A DNA stretch of 64,000 nt from an uncultured delta proteobacterium (GTDB lineage Bacteria; Myxococcota_A; Polyangia; Fen-1088), in contig CAVTRY010000007.1 of NCBI GenBank assembly GCA_963737265.1, positions 416,001 through 480,000 on the forward strand. Direction: 5' to 3'. A program made the translations under genes and the position numbers. The stretch's first letter is position 1; every line of letters begins with the position of its first letter. The notes beneath the pieces were generated by a model. That model saw nothing but the letters and a program-made list of their open reading frames with translations. It was not told the origin of the DNA and did no database searches. This document shows positions 23,188-35,023 of the stretch, piece by piece.

Positions 23188-24818
23188 ATGGAGCTGTCGC
23201 CCTCCGCCCACATCGATACCTTCTGCCGGGACCACCTCCCGCCCGCCGAACAGTGGCCGGACCTGCGCTTTGACCTCGGCGGGCTGAGTTATCCCGACCG
23301 GCTGAACTGCGCCGAGGCGCTGCTGGACGCCACCATCGCCCGGTTCGGCCCGGATCGCCCCTGCCTGCGCACCCCCACCGAGACGTGGACCTACGGCGAC
23401 CTGCTCCGCCACGCCAACCAGGCCGCCCGGGTGCTGGTCGAGGATTTCGGCCTGGTGCCTGGCAACCGGGTGCTGCTGCGCGGGCCGAACAACCCGTGGC
23501 TGATCGCCTCCTGGTTCGCGGTGATCAAGGCGGGCGGGGTCGCGGTGACCACCATGGCGCTGCTGCGGGCCGGTGAGATCGCCGCGCTGGCCGGCATCAC
23601 CCGGCCGAGCCTGGCCATCTGCGATCACCGTTTCGCCGCCGAACTGGATGCCGCGGACCTCGGCATACCCGGCGATCCGGCTACGGCGGCGACGCCAGCG
23701 ACGACCTGGTCAGCCGCTGCGAGGGCCAGGACGCCAGTTTCCCCGCCGTGGCCACCGCCGCCGACGACGTCGCGCTGCTCGCCCCGACCTCGGGCACCAC
23801 CGGCAAGCCCAAGGCCACCATGCACTTCCACCGCGACGTGCTGGCTATCCAGGACACGTTCGGCCGCCATGTGCTCCAGGCGAGCCCGGACGACCTGTTC
23901 CTGGGCACCCCGCCGGTCGGCTTCACGTTCGGGCTCGGCGGCCTGGTGGTGTTTCCGTTCAGCATCGGTGCCTGCACCCTGCTGCTGGAGCGCGCCTCGC
24001 CGGACGAGCTGGCGGAAGTGGTCGCCGGCCTTGGCGTGACGGCGCTGTTCACGGCGCCGACGATGTACCGGGCGCTGCTGCTGGCCGGCCACCGCGAGGC
24101 GCTGCGCGGCCTGCGCCGGTGCGTCTCGGCCGGCGAGCACCTGCCGCGGGCGGTGTGGGAGGACTTCCACCGCGCCACCGGCGTGCGGATCATCGACGGG
24201 ATCGGCGCCACCGAGATGCTGCACATCTTCATCTCCGCCGCCGGGGACCAGATCCGGCCCGGGTCGACCGGCCTGGCCGTGCCGGGTTACGAGGCGGCGG
24301 TGCTCGGCGAGGACGGGAAGCCGGTGCCCGACGGCGAGCCGGGCAGCCTGGCCGTCAAGGGGCCCACCGGCTGCCGGTACCTGGCCGACGAGCGCCAGCG
24401 CGGCTACGTGCGGGACGGCTGGAACCTCACCGGCGACACCTACATCAGGGACTCCGACGGCTACTACTGGTACCAGGCCCGCAGCGACGACATGATCATC
24501 GCGGCCGGGTACAACATCGCCGGGCCCGAGGTGGAGCAGGCGCTGCTCGGGCACCCCGACGTGGCAGAGACCGGCGTGGTGGCCGCCCCCGATCCCGAGC
24601 GCGGCACGATCGTGAAGGCCTACGTCGTGCTGCGGGACGGCGTCGAGGCCGGCCCGGACAAGGCCGCCGAGCTGCAGGCCTTCGCCAAGCAGGCGATCGC
24701 GCCGTACAAGTACCCGCGCGAGGTCGAGTTCGTCGCCGCCCTGCCCAGGACCGCGACCGGCAAGGTCCAGCGCTACCGGCTCCGCCAGCTCGCCGCCGAC
24801 GCGGGCCGCCCGTCGTGA
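23188..24818 (+). CDS. Aromatic acid-CoA ligase (2-aminobenzoate-CoA ligase-like), frameshift near 23675
   Basis: SAHIDTFCRDHLPP, TSGTTGKPK, FTFGLG, DGIGATEMLHIFIS, GPTGCRYL, PYKYPR, TGK. Confidence 0.85.
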
Positions 24819-25172
24819 CCGGGGCGGCCCGCACGCCTGAACGGGGTGAATGCGGGCCAGAGGCTGCCTGGCGGCAGCGCCGCGGTGCGGGCCCGGTAGG
24901 ACAGGTATCCCGGCAGCGTCTGGGGGAGAATCTCCTCCTCGCAGCGCCCGGTGGGCTTGGAGTCCCACTCCTCACGCATGCCAGCGCAGCCGTTGGCCAT
25001 ACCCGTTAGTATCGGTATTCTGTTGAGTTGCCCTGACGTGTCTTTCGCAGTTGCGCATGCGCATGGCAGCTGGTCAACGACAACGGGTCCTACCGATTGT
25101 TCCGCAGCGCGTCATGTGCTCGGCCTATCTGCCGAGATCGCGTCCTCTTCCGAGCGCCCGGGGGGTTGGCCG

Positions 25173-26078
25173 ATGGCAGAAGACAGCCCCGCCCAGCCTC
25201 TTCCACGGCGTGTATCTGCAAGCGATCGGCATGTGCCGGGCGGCAAGCAGGCGCCGAGAGCCGGGCCGGTACGGCCGGTTCGGCAGGCCGTGCTATCCGA
25301 AGATGCCCTGCGGCACATGCGTAATGCACTGGACTCGGTGAAAGCCGAAGCGCCACCGGAGATGCACGCGCTGCGTGCCGGCGGGTCTGCGTCCCTGCCC
25401 CGGCGGGTGCCTGGCGCGGGCAAGAGGCCTCAGCCGCCCGCGGCCATCGCGCGGCCGAGGCTGCCCTCCCGGGCAGATGAGGCCCCCACGGACGAGTTTC
25501 CGGCCCTGAGCGTCTCGTACCCGGGCGCCAACGCCGAGGAGACCACGGCGCAGCCGGATGCCCAGCCGGAGCCGGGCACCACACCGCCAGCTGAGCTTCT
25601 GCAGGCCCCTGCCCCGCGGCCCTCAGCGCAACAGCAGCTGGATGGGCGAGATCGCACGGACAGGGCAATCGGCCTTCCCGAGAAGCCGCCGGGCCATCAG
25701 GAGAACGGGCAGGACCGCCGGGCGAAGGGACCGGCCCGCCGGACGAAGAGTTTGGCCACCCGGATGAAGCCGCCTGGCCTCCGGACGAAGGCGGCTGGCC
25801 TCCGGACGAAAAGGTCGGCCGCCACCCCGAGCCCAGCGCCGACGACGCGGCCGTCCCGCGCGCCTAAGCCGGCACGGCAGAAGGCATCGGCATCGCCGGG
25901 TGAGCCGACGCAAATGGCCCTGCTGTTCCCGGAGGAGTTGCCACCCGAGCAGGCAATCCTGCGCCCGCCGACCCTCACTTGGCCCCAACGGGCCCGCTGG
26001 GGCAGCCGTATTACCTGGCTGATCCTGGCGCTGGTCCTCGTCTCTGCCGGGCCACTTGCTCTTCTGCTGTCCCGATAA
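25173..26078 (+). CDS. Pro/Arg-rich disordered protein with C-terminal TM anchor
   Basis: Two LPRRV motifs, low complexity, C-terminal ITWLILALVLVSAGPLALLL. Confidence 0.5.
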   Translation: MAEDSPAQPLPRRVSASDRHVPGGKQAPRAGPVRPVRQAVLSEDALRHMRNALDSVKAEAPPEMHALRAGGSASLPRRVPGAGKRPQPPAAIARPRLPSRADEAPTDEFPALSVSYPGANAEETTAQPDAQPEPGTTPPAELLQAPAPRPSAQQQLDGRDRTDRAIGLPEKPPGHQENGQDRRAKGPARRTKSLATRMKPPGLRTKAAGLRTKRSAATPSPAPTTRPSRAPKPARQKASASPGEPTQMALLFPEELPPEQAILRPPTLTWPQRARWGSRITWLILALVLVSAGPLALLLSR

Positions 26079-26193
26079 GGTGCCGGCATCGAGACGACGG
26101 CAGCCGGATGCGCCGGGCGTGATGGCTCCTGTCTGGTCGCGGGGAGAACTCAACGGCCGTTGTCGTCTGGGGACGAGGGAGGCCGAGTGTCCG

Positions 26194-26838
26194 TTATGGG
26201 GCCCGGGCGCTGCCGGCCCCCGTCGCGATCTGCTGCCCATGGACCTGTGGGCACCGGTGGCGGTTCTCCCGGCGGTTTCTCGGCTGGCTCCCAGGGCGGG
26301 CCTGCCGGGTCCTTTCCGATGCCGTTATCCCCTGGTTCGGCTCCCCATGCTTGCAGGGTGCCGGGCGGCGTGTCCCATGTGGAGGGGTCATGCGCCGTAT
26401 TGGCCGCCTCCGCGGGGACGTGGCTGGCCGTGCGGCCGTCGGGCGAAGAACCGCTCCGGGCGGACTCGTCCAGGCCTCGATCTCCGGGGCGGCGGGTGCC
26501 GGGACCGGGTGGGCCGACGGCCGGACCCAGGACACCACGGCGCAGGAGCGCAAGGCGGGTGAAATCTGGCCGCGCTGTACGGATTTCCCCGGAGCCGGCC
26601 GGCCTGAGACCGCGTGCCGGCGACGAGCCGCCCCGGCCTCCTGCGGGACACGCGTGAAACCGCGTGCTGCTTCGCGCCACCTCCGGCCACGGATGATGAT
26701 GAGGCCGATGACGCACGCCAGGGCGATCGCCAACAGGGCGAACTCCCGGTACCGCAGAACTTCCCGGATGACCGGACCGGATGCCGTAACCCAGGTGCGG
26801 AACCGATGTGCCGTGGTCCCAACGCTCCCATCAAGCAC
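26194..26838 (-). CDS. Hypothetical membrane protein downstream of tadC (frame uncertain)
   Basis: Single TM (FALLAIALACVIGLIII) followed by low-complexity sequence. Confidence 0.3.
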   Translation of the reverse strand: MLDGSVGTTAHRFRTWVTASGPVIREVLRYREFALLAIALACVIGLIIIRGRRWREAARGFTRVPQEAGAARRRHAVSGRPAPGKSVQRGQISPALRSCAVVSWVRPSAHPVPAPAAPEIEAWTSPPGAVLRPTAARPATSPRRRPIRRMTPPHGTRRPAPCKHGEPNQGITASERTRQARPGSQPRNRRENRHRCPQVHGQQIATGAGSARAP

Positions 26839-26850
26839 AGATGCCAGCTC

Positions 26851-27761
26851 CTACTTGTTAAACAGCGTATGCGCGATCTCGATGATCCCTGGCCCGAGGA
26901 TCACCACCATCAGCGCCGGGAAAAGGCAGAAGATCAGCGGGAAGGTGATCTTCACCGGTACCTTCTGCGCCTGTTCCTCGGCCCGCTGGCGGCGCCGCAC
27001 CCGCATCTCCTTGGCTTGCTCGCGCAGCACGTGGGCGACCGGAATGCCCATTTCGGCGGACTGGACCAGGGCGGCGACAAAGGCCCGCAGTTCCGGCACG
27101 GTGGTGCGGTCGGCCATCGCCCGCAGTGCCTCGGTGCGGGACTTGCCGATCTGCATCTCCTGCAGCACGCGGGAGAATTCCGCGGCCAGCGGTCCCTTGG
27201 TGTTGCGCGCGACCTGCGCGAGCGCGGCGTCGAACCCGAGGCCGGCCTCCACGCAGATGGTCAGCATGTCCAGCGCGTCCGGCAGGACAACCGGGATCTG
27301 CTGCTGCCGCTTCAGCCCCGAGTTGTACAGCAGCAGGTCGGGCAGGAAGAAGCCGATCACGGCACCGAGCCCGCCGCCCACGATGAGCAGCTCCGGGTTG
27401 TGCAGCCCGTACAGGGCGCCGAGCAAGCCCAGCGCCACCAGGCCGAGCCCCTTGACGGCGAGCATGCGGTCGGAGGTCCAGCCGCGCGGGTTGCCCGCGA
27501 TGTCGAGCCTGCGCTGCATGATGGTGGCGACGCCGGCGGGCGAAAGCCGCTCCGCCAGGCGCCGCAGCCAGTCGGGGAGCTTGAACGGGTCGGCGTCCTT
27601 GCTGCGGCCGACGGCGTCGCGGGTGTACCGCTCGTCGATCGTGGCCAGCGCCCGGCCGACGCTCGGCCGCGCCTGCCGCGCCGGCATCAGCGCCACGCCA
27701 TGGCCGCGATCGCCAGCGCGAGGGCGGCGAGCCCGCCGATGAGAAGCGCAGAACCGGACAT
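26851..27761 (-). CDS. tadC: Tad pilus assembly protein TadC (T2SS-F family)
   Basis: LPDALDMLTICVEAGLGFDAAL, RRQRAEEQAQKVPVKITFPL; ATG 27761 with a frameshift near 27695. Confidence 0.9.
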
Positions 27762-27762
27762 C

Positions 27763-29493
27763 TCAGATCTCTACCTTGATCATCTTGCGCATCCAGAGAG
27801 CACCGAACACCAGCAGCACCGATGGCGGCGACGAGCAGGAGCTCGCCCGATGCGTGGTGTAGAGCGGGCGCATGTACTGCGGGCTGCTGATGAACAGCCA
27901 GATGCCGACCAGCACCGGCAGCGCGACGAGGACGTAGGCGGACAGCCGGCCCTCGGCGCTGAGCGCACGCACCTGGCGGCGGAGGAATGCGCGCTCCCGG
28001 ATCGTGCCCGCGATGGTGAGCAGCACCTCGGCGAGGTTGCCGCCGACGCCCTGCTGGATGCGGATGGCCATGACCGTCCAGCGCAGGTCGTCGGAATCCA
28101 TCCGGTTCGCGACTGTCTCCAGCCCGTCCTCGAGGTTGCCGCCGAGCCGGACCTCGGCCAGGGCGCGGGAGAGCTCCCCAGCAGCGGGCTGAGCGTCCTC
28201 GCGCACCACCGCGTCCAGCGCCTGGGGCAGCGAGAAGCCGGACTTCAGCGCGCTGGCGATGAGCTGCAGCATGTCCGGCAGTTGCTCGCCGAAGGCCGCC
28301 CGCCGCCGCACGATCCGCATGCTCAGCGAGAGCCGCATGACCAGCCAGCCGATCAGCGCTCCCGCCAGGACGCCGAGCAGGACGTAGCTGGTGACAAGGC
28401 TCAGCGCCGCCGCGATCACGACGCCCAGGCAGACCGCCCAGCAGCGCCCATTCGGCCGGCTTGCGCGCGACTCCCGCCAGGTCCAGGCGCTCGGCGAGGC
28501 GTTCCTGCGCCGCGGAGGTCATCAGCCGCTTGGTCACACCCTGGGCGGCGCGGCTCGACCCTCCCCGTGTCCGCGGCCTCGTCCTCGGCCGCTGCGGCCG
28601 TGTGCTCCGGGCCGTACTGTTCGATCCGCCCGCCAGATCTCGGTCCCGGCCGGCACGGGCTACGGAGCCGAACAGCGCAGTCAGCACCAGCAGGAACAGC
28701 GCCGCGAAGAGGGCCGCCAGGCCTGCGACTAGCGACCACGGCCAGGTGGGCGCGGCACTGATGGCGGCTCGTGTGTCTTCGCCTGCGGCCGGTGAGTCCT
28801 CGCTGCTGGCGGACGGAGTCCTCGACGGCGTCGGGAACGCGGCCCGCAGCAAGCGCGGCTGCGCCCCCGGGACCGGCCAGGTGACCACCGCTGCTGGCCG
28901 CGAGCGGTCTCAGCATGCCGACGTTGTCGTCGCTGTCCGTGCTCTGCGTGATGACATCGGTGGGGATGGTCGCGGCGGGGGCGGGGCCGACCAGGTTCTC
29001 GGCGTCGGAGACAACGAGAAGCCTGCTTCCGGCCGTGCGCAGACCAGGCACGGCCGAGGTCACGCCGAGCCAGCGCGGCTGTAGAGTCCCTCCGAGTTGT
29101 AGAAGCTCCCCCCGGCGGCCTTCGTGGCGGGCACGGCCGCCTCCAGCCGTGCGCGGTCGGTGGTCGGGCGCAGCACCAGCTGCCACTGGCTGGCGAACTG
29201 TGATCAGCCCGGCGGGCACGTCCGGCGGGAGCGCGCGTGCGTACGCCAGCGCCGCCGCGCGCGCGATGGCCAGCCAGCCCAGCGAACTGTTGTTGTCGAG
29301 CAGGATCATCACCGTGCGGGGCTGGGCCGGCGGCCAGTGCGCTGGCCGTGCTGGCGGCGCCCGCCGGCAGCGCCAGCAGAATTCCCGCGCAGGCCAGCAC
29401 CGCACATGCGCGCGTTATCAGCGGCGTGCCGGTACCGCGGCCCTGGCCCTTTCGGTGCGGCACGGTCACCCGCCTCACGGCCAGCCGGGTCAT
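27763..29493 (-). CDS. tadB: TadB with N-terminal vWA-like domain (several frameshifts)
   Basis: QLPDMLQLIASALKSGFSL, GGNLAEVL, VRALSAEGRLSA; upstream VMILLDNNSS and LLVVSDAEN are vWA-like. Confidence 0.8.
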
Positions 29494-30856
29494 CGTTCGA
29501 ACTCCCCGGAAGATTCCCGGCGGCACGTGGATACCCCGGTCGGCCAGCCGGTTGAGGAACAGCGGGCGCAGGCCAGTGCTGCGCAGTGTGCCCCGGTGGC
29601 GGCCACGCTCGTCCGTCCCCGCATGGAAGTCGAACAGGAACAGGTCCTGCAGCATGACGACCTCGCCCTCCATGCCGTGCACCTCGGTGATGTGGGTGAT
29701 CCTCCGGGAGCCGTCCTTCAGCCGGGCCTGGTGCAGGATCAGGTCGATGGCCGAGGCCATCTGGTCGCGGATCGCGCGCTGGGTCAGCTCCACGTTGGCC
29801 ATCATCACCATCGTCTCCATCCGGGACAGCGAGTCGCGCGGCGAGTTGGAGTGAATGGTGGTGATGGAGCCGTCGTGGCCGGTGTTCATGGCCTGGAGCA
29901 TGTCGAGGGTGGCCTCGTCGCGCACCTCGCCGATGATGATCCGGTCCGGCCGCATGCGCAGCGCGTTGCGCACCAGGTCCCGGATCGTGATCTCGCCGCG
30001 CTTTTCCAGGTTGGGCGGGCGGGACTCCAGCCGGAGCACGTGCTCCTGGCGCAGTTGCAGTTCCGCCGCGTCCTCGATGGTGACGATCCGCTCATCTTCC
30101 GGCACGAAGGCGGACAGCACGTTCAGCGTGGTTGTCTTGCCTGAGCCAGTGCCGCCGCCGATCACGATATTCAGGCGGCCTTCCACGCAGACCCGCAGCA
30201 GGTCGGCTACCTGGGGGGTCATGGTGCCGAAATGGATGAGGTGGCCCACCGTGAGCGGCTCGACGGCAAACTTCCTGATCGTCAGCAGCGAGCCGTCGAG
30301 CGCCACCGGCGGCACGACCGCGTTGACCCGGCTGCCGTCGGGCAGCCGGGCGTCCACCATGGGGCTGGACTCGTCCACCCGCCGGCCGACCCGTGCCACG
30401 ATCTTGTCGATGGTGCGGCGCAGATGGCTCTCGTCGGCGAAGGCCGCCTCCACCGGGTACAGCAGGCCGTCGCGCTCGACGTAGATCTGGTCGTGGCCGT
30501 TGACCATGATCTCGGATACGTCCGGGTCGCGCAGGTAGGGCTCCAGCGGGCCGTGGCCGAGGATGTCGTCCGCCACCTCCTGCGCGACCCGTACCCGGTC
30601 GGCCGTGGTCATGGGGGTCTCGTCGCGCTGCAGCACCGCCTGCAGCGTCTGAGTCACCTGCTGTTCCAGTTCTCGCTGCTCGATGTGCGCGTCGTAGAGC
30701 TTCGGCCCGAGCGTCTCCAGCAGCGCCTCGTGCACACTGCGCTTCAGCGGGCCGAACGGATCGGCATGGCGGGCCGCGCGGCGGGGCGCACCGCGGCCGT
30801 TCGAGCGGCGGCGCGCCAGCCATCCGCAGCTGGGAGAGCCGGTCGGACAGGCTCAT
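29490..30856 (-). CDS. cpaF: Tad pilus ATPase CpaF/TadA
   Basis: GGTGSGKTT, TIEDAAEL, LRMRPDRIIIGEVR, AMNTGHDGS; stop probably the TGA of ATGA overlapping the tadB start. Confidence 0.93.
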
Positions 30857-32017
30857 GCCACGCTGCCTCTTGCCGCGTGATTTGCTCCCGCATCTCCGGG
30901 CGGTCTCCGGCGCGCCCGCCAGCCGTTGCTGCGCGAACCTGGAGATGGCCTGGCTGACCGGGTGGCCGGGGCTGTCCAGCGTGATGGGCGTGCCCTTGTT
31001 GATCGAGATGGGCACGGCACGGCTGGACGGGATATGCGCGGAGATCGGGCAGCGCACCACCCGCTCTACGTGCTCGAGGCTCAGCCCCACCTTGGAATCC
31101 GAGCGGTTGACCACCACCGAGCGGATCTGCCTCGGGTAGGACAGCAGGTCCAGCATGTCCAGCGTGACCCGAAGGTTCTTCAGCGCGGGCACGTCCGGCG
31201 TGGTGAGCAGGACGAGCTGCGACGGAGACGTCCATCGCGGTGAGCACGTGCTCGCTGAACTGGGCCGGGGTGTCCACCACGATGAAGTCGAACATGGTGC
31301 GCAGGACGGCGAGCAGCTCCCCGACCAGTCGCGGCGGGATCTTTTCCGCGTCGCCGGGGGTGACGGGCGCCAGCAGCATGTCCAGGCCCGGCTGGTAGCG
31401 GGTCAGCAGGGAGGCGGCGCCGGTGACATCCAGGTGGCCTGCCATCGGCAGCGCGTCCACCATCGTCCGCACCGGGTCGAGCTGGACGCTGATCGCCACG
31501 TCGCCGAACGCCAGGTCGAGGTCCACCACGCACACGCGGCTGGCCTGCCTGGCCAGCGCCACGCCGAGATTGATCGCCAGCGTGGTCTTGCCACAGCCGC
31601 CCTTGGCGGCGAACACGGTGACGATCTGGCCCGGCGTCGACTCGTCCTCGACGGGCGGCGTGAGCATCCGCCGCGACACCTCGTAGGAGCGGCGGCAGGC
31701 GGCCGCCAGCGCGGCATGGTCCCCCACGGGGACGACCTCGCGCACCCCGGACTGCAGCGCCTGGGTCAGCAGGGTGACGTCGACCTCCTTGCGGGCCAGG
31801 ATCACGCCCACGGCCGGCCGGGCCAGCCGCAGCGCCGCGCTGAACGCCAGCGCGTCGCCGATCGGCCGCCCGCGGGCCGATCACCACCAGGGTCTCGTTT
31901 GGGTCGTTGTCCAGCAGCTTGGCCGCGGCACCCAGGGTATCCGCGACGCGTACCTCGCCGCCGATGCTGTGGATCAGCTCTCCGGGCGCTGGAGGTGGGC
32001 TCGCAGAGGATGGGCAC
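30853..32017 (-). CDS. cpaE: CpaE/TadZ pseudo-receiver + MinD-like ATPase (frameshifts)
   Basis: AKGGCGKTT, VDLDLAFGDV, IVVDTP, ALKNLRVTLD, INKGTP. Confidence 0.88.
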
Positions 32018-32032
32018 GATGGGCTCCTGGTC

Positions 32033-32837
32033 TCAGGGCTGGAACAGCGGCACGGGCGCGGCGTCGAACTTGGTGCTGGGAGGTGGGCGTGAGCAGCGCC
32101 AGGTAGGGCAGCCCCGCCTCCTCGAGCTGGATGAGCCGCTCGGCATCGGCCTGGTGCACGGCCAGCGTCACCAGCACCGCACCCTGAGACGACGGGGAGT
32201 TGGCCGACCCGGCCGGACAGCGCGGCGGTACTCCCCGCAGATGTGCCCTGAGCGCTGCCCGGCGCTGGTCCCACGGACAGCACCTCCGCCTTGGGCAGCA
32301 CGATTTTGGTGTGTATGGGACCGACGGCCTGCGCCTGATGCGAGACGTTGCAAGTCTGTTGCACGTTCAGGGATGTGTCGCTGTAGGTGTCGAACACCGC
32401 GACCTCCGCGCCGGCGGTGACGTAGCCCGCCACCGCGCCCGGCAGGCACAGCTGCACGGTCACCGCGACCATGCCTGTCGGGATCGCCACGCCGCCAGTG
32501 ACCTGCGTGGCAGTCACCAGCATCGGCCGCAGCAGCAATTGCCCTGACTGCACGGCCGCGCTCGTGACGAGCCCGGCGAGGTCGGGGGTGATCGAGCGGA
32601 CCGCGTCGGCGGGCACCGACGATACCGGCAGCGTCTGGCTGCTCAGCAGGCCGTCGCGCAGCGCCTGGCTCGCCGAGGTGCCCGAGGGGATCGCGCTCTC
32701 GGCCACGATCACGTTGACCGCCTTCAAGCCCGCGACGGCACGGGTATTGGCCTGGTGGACGTAGGCCAGCACCGCCGACGGTACCGAGCGCGGCCAGCAG
32801 CGACGGCCAGCGCGATGGTCAGCATCCGACGTTTCAA
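32033..32837 (-). CDS. cpaB: Flp pilus assembly protein CpaB/RcpC (frameshifts)
   Basis: N-terminal TM, SAF-like VIVAESAIPSGT, IPTGMVAVTVQL, VAGYVTAG, VTLAVHQADAERLI, YLALL. Confidence 0.85.
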
Positions 32838-32872
32838 CGTTCCTCTTCTCTCCGGTGCGGTCCGGCGTGGAC

Positions 32873-34011
32873 TCAGCCGGTCAGGTCGATGACGGAAGCC
32901 CCCAGGTTGGTGCCGCCGAACGTGCCGGTGGACGGGATGACCCCCTGAGTGAAGTAGCCGTTGAGGCAGTACGTTGCTGCCCTGGCAGTCGTTCGCGGGG
33001 TCCAGCCAGTCCGGGGCATCGAAGTACGGCCATCGACGCCGGGCAGGTGGTATCCGGTGACGACGAAGGCGGCGAAGCCCATCAGGGTGTAGGTGGCGCT
33101 GGCACCTTGGCCGGTCACCGATACGTAGACTGGGTACGAGGATCGGGGTCTGGTTATCCTGCGCAGTGGTGCCAGCACCTCAGGCAGGCCACGGCTGGGT
33201 GCGGGCCGGGTAGGAACTGCTGCCGCTGATGTGCCAGTGAGCAGTTGCCCGGAATCGAGCAGTCCAGCCGAAGGTGCCGGCGCCGTCCGCGCCGCGCTGG
33301 CTCGGTGCGCGCAGCCGTGCCGCTTGCGCCGGTGCAGCCTGAGCACCTGGTCGAACGAGGCCGCCGGCAGCGGGTCCGGCGGGTACGGCGGGGATGGCGC
33401 GAACGAGGTGCCCTGCTGGTCGCCTGGTCCCACTCGCAGGCCGAGATCGTCACCGCGACGGTGGTCGCGGCCGCGGGCGCGCCCCACTCCGCCTGGGCAC
33501 AGGCGGCCACCGTGGTGCCCTGATAGCCGGAGTTGCCCAGCAACGTGCGGGCGAAGGCTGGGGGAAGCAGCGTGGAGCCGCTGGCGGTCTGCGTGGCGGT
33601 ATGCACGTCCACGTAGTTGGTGCCGGCGGGCGGCGCTGCGGGCAGTCGGTCATGGCGCCCGTGCTGCCCGGGCAGTTCCCCAGGTCCCCGGAGCCGCAGA
33701 CCAGGTCCACTCGGGCGATGCCTCCGGTCAGCTGCGGAGGCGTTGGCGTCGGCGTAGCTGGTGGCGACGCTCGGGTCGCAGGTGCCGAGCGCGCAGCTCT
33801 TGGCCACCCCGAGCGCGGCCGCGTCGGCGCCGTTCTGCAGCTCGGCGCGTTCCTGGTAGAGCTGGCCGACGTCGATCACCAGGGCGCCCATCCCGATCAG
33901 CACACCGCCAGCCGATCAGCACCGCGACCAGCACGGCGACCGCGCCCCGCTCGCTCGCGCCGCAGCCGCCGCAGGACCGGGCGGGCCGAGCCGGGCGATC
34001 AGGTCTCGCAC
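32873..34011 (-). CDS. TadG-like pseudopilin/tip protein (frameshifts)
   Basis: ERGAVAVLVAVLIG, LIGMGALVIDVGQLYQERAELQNGADAAAL, C-terminal GFAAFVVTGY...GYF. Confidence 0.8.
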
Positions 34012-34490
34012 GGCATGACCCCCGTCAGCGGTGAGCGTGATCGGGGAGCCGAAGCCGGCCACCGCCGCCGAACAATCCGGCGATCGCGCCGATCGGGGTG
34101 ACGAACGAGAACGAGTAGCTGGCCGTTGACGACCGCGTTCGGCGGTCGGCCCGGCGCCGGGCGGGCAGGCGGTCACGGTCACGTTGACCGGGCTCAGCCC
34201 GGTGGCGGCCGCCTGGGTGCGGCGCCACCACGTTCGGCTCGCCCAAGGCCGCCAGCCTGGCTCCCTCACGGGCCGCCTGGGTGAGCGTTATCTGGGCATT
34301 GAGGGCGCGGCCGAAGTCGATGATCCCGAACACGATCAACAGCAAGCAGCGGGAGAACCAGGGCGAACTCCACCGCCGCGGCGCCACGGTCCCGTGCGCC
34401 ACGGTCCCGTGCGCCACGGTCCCGTGCACCACGGTCGCGTGCACCACGGTCCCGTGCGTTGCGGCCGCTGGATCGCCGTGGGCCCATCAT
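33999..34490 (-). CDS. tadE: TadE-like pseudopilin (frameshifts) with repeat-expanded leader
   Basis: (ARDRG)x5 then AAAVEFALV, FGIIDFGRALNAQITLTQAAREGAR, C-terminal GVMPCET*. Confidence 0.85.
34383..34457. repeat. 15-bp tandem repeat x5 encoding ARDRG
   Basis: GCCACGGTCCCGTGC x3, ACCACGGTCGCGTGC, ACCACGGTCCCGTGC. Confidence 0.92.
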
Positions 34491-34780
34491 TGGCTTGCCC
34501 TTTCCTGCGACCGAAGGGGCGGGACGGCTGGCTCTTCCGTCCCGCCCGCCGCCGGTCAGAGCGCGTGCAGAAGGCTGGTGCATGGTGCTGAGCTGTTGCC
34601 GGCATGCTCAGGTCACCGTGACCTCCGGTACCTGACGTCGCTGGCAAGCGGTACCTCATGGGCTGTACCCGGCCGCCGGCTCGCCGCGCCAAGGTCGTCT
34701 CCGGCACCGCGGCCGTGCGACGGCAGTTCTGCGGGGGTCTGCGCCGCTCCGCACCAGCAGGAACCCGCGAGGCATCAGGT

Positions 34781-34812
34781 CAGGGCCGGCCGCGCCAGCG
34801 GCCGGATCCCTG
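34781..34812 (-). terminator. Stem-loop immediately 3' of flp
   Basis: CAGGG-CCGGCCGC-gcca-GCGGCCGG-at-CCCTG. Confidence 0.5.
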
Positions 34813-34838
34813 CCGGGGGCGCTCGCCCTCCATCCGGG

Positions 34839-35023
34839 TCAGAAATCGTTGTCGATAGTGGTGAGCCGGTCCTGATGGTGCCGCCGAGGGTGACCAGGAT
34901 TGCCGTGATCGCGGCCGCGATCAGCGCCACGATCAAGCCGTACTCCACGGCGGTCGCGCCACGGTCGTTCCGGGGCAATGGGTCGGCGAGGAAGTTCCTC
35001 AGGAACACGTAGTACTTGAGCAT
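34839..35023 (-). CDS. flp: Flp family major pilin (apparent 1-nt deletion near 34866)
   Basis: MLKYYVFLRNFLADPLPRNDRG|ATAVEYGLIVALIAAAI...TTIDNDF*; Flp G|xxxxEY motif; GAAAGGG RBS. Confidence 0.9.

Noticed and set aside
28729-30735. 668-aa CpaF with C-terminal extension, or CpaF-vWA fusion
   Set aside because: An ATGA overlap at 29490-29493 suggests normal coupling lost through one indel in an error-rich region.
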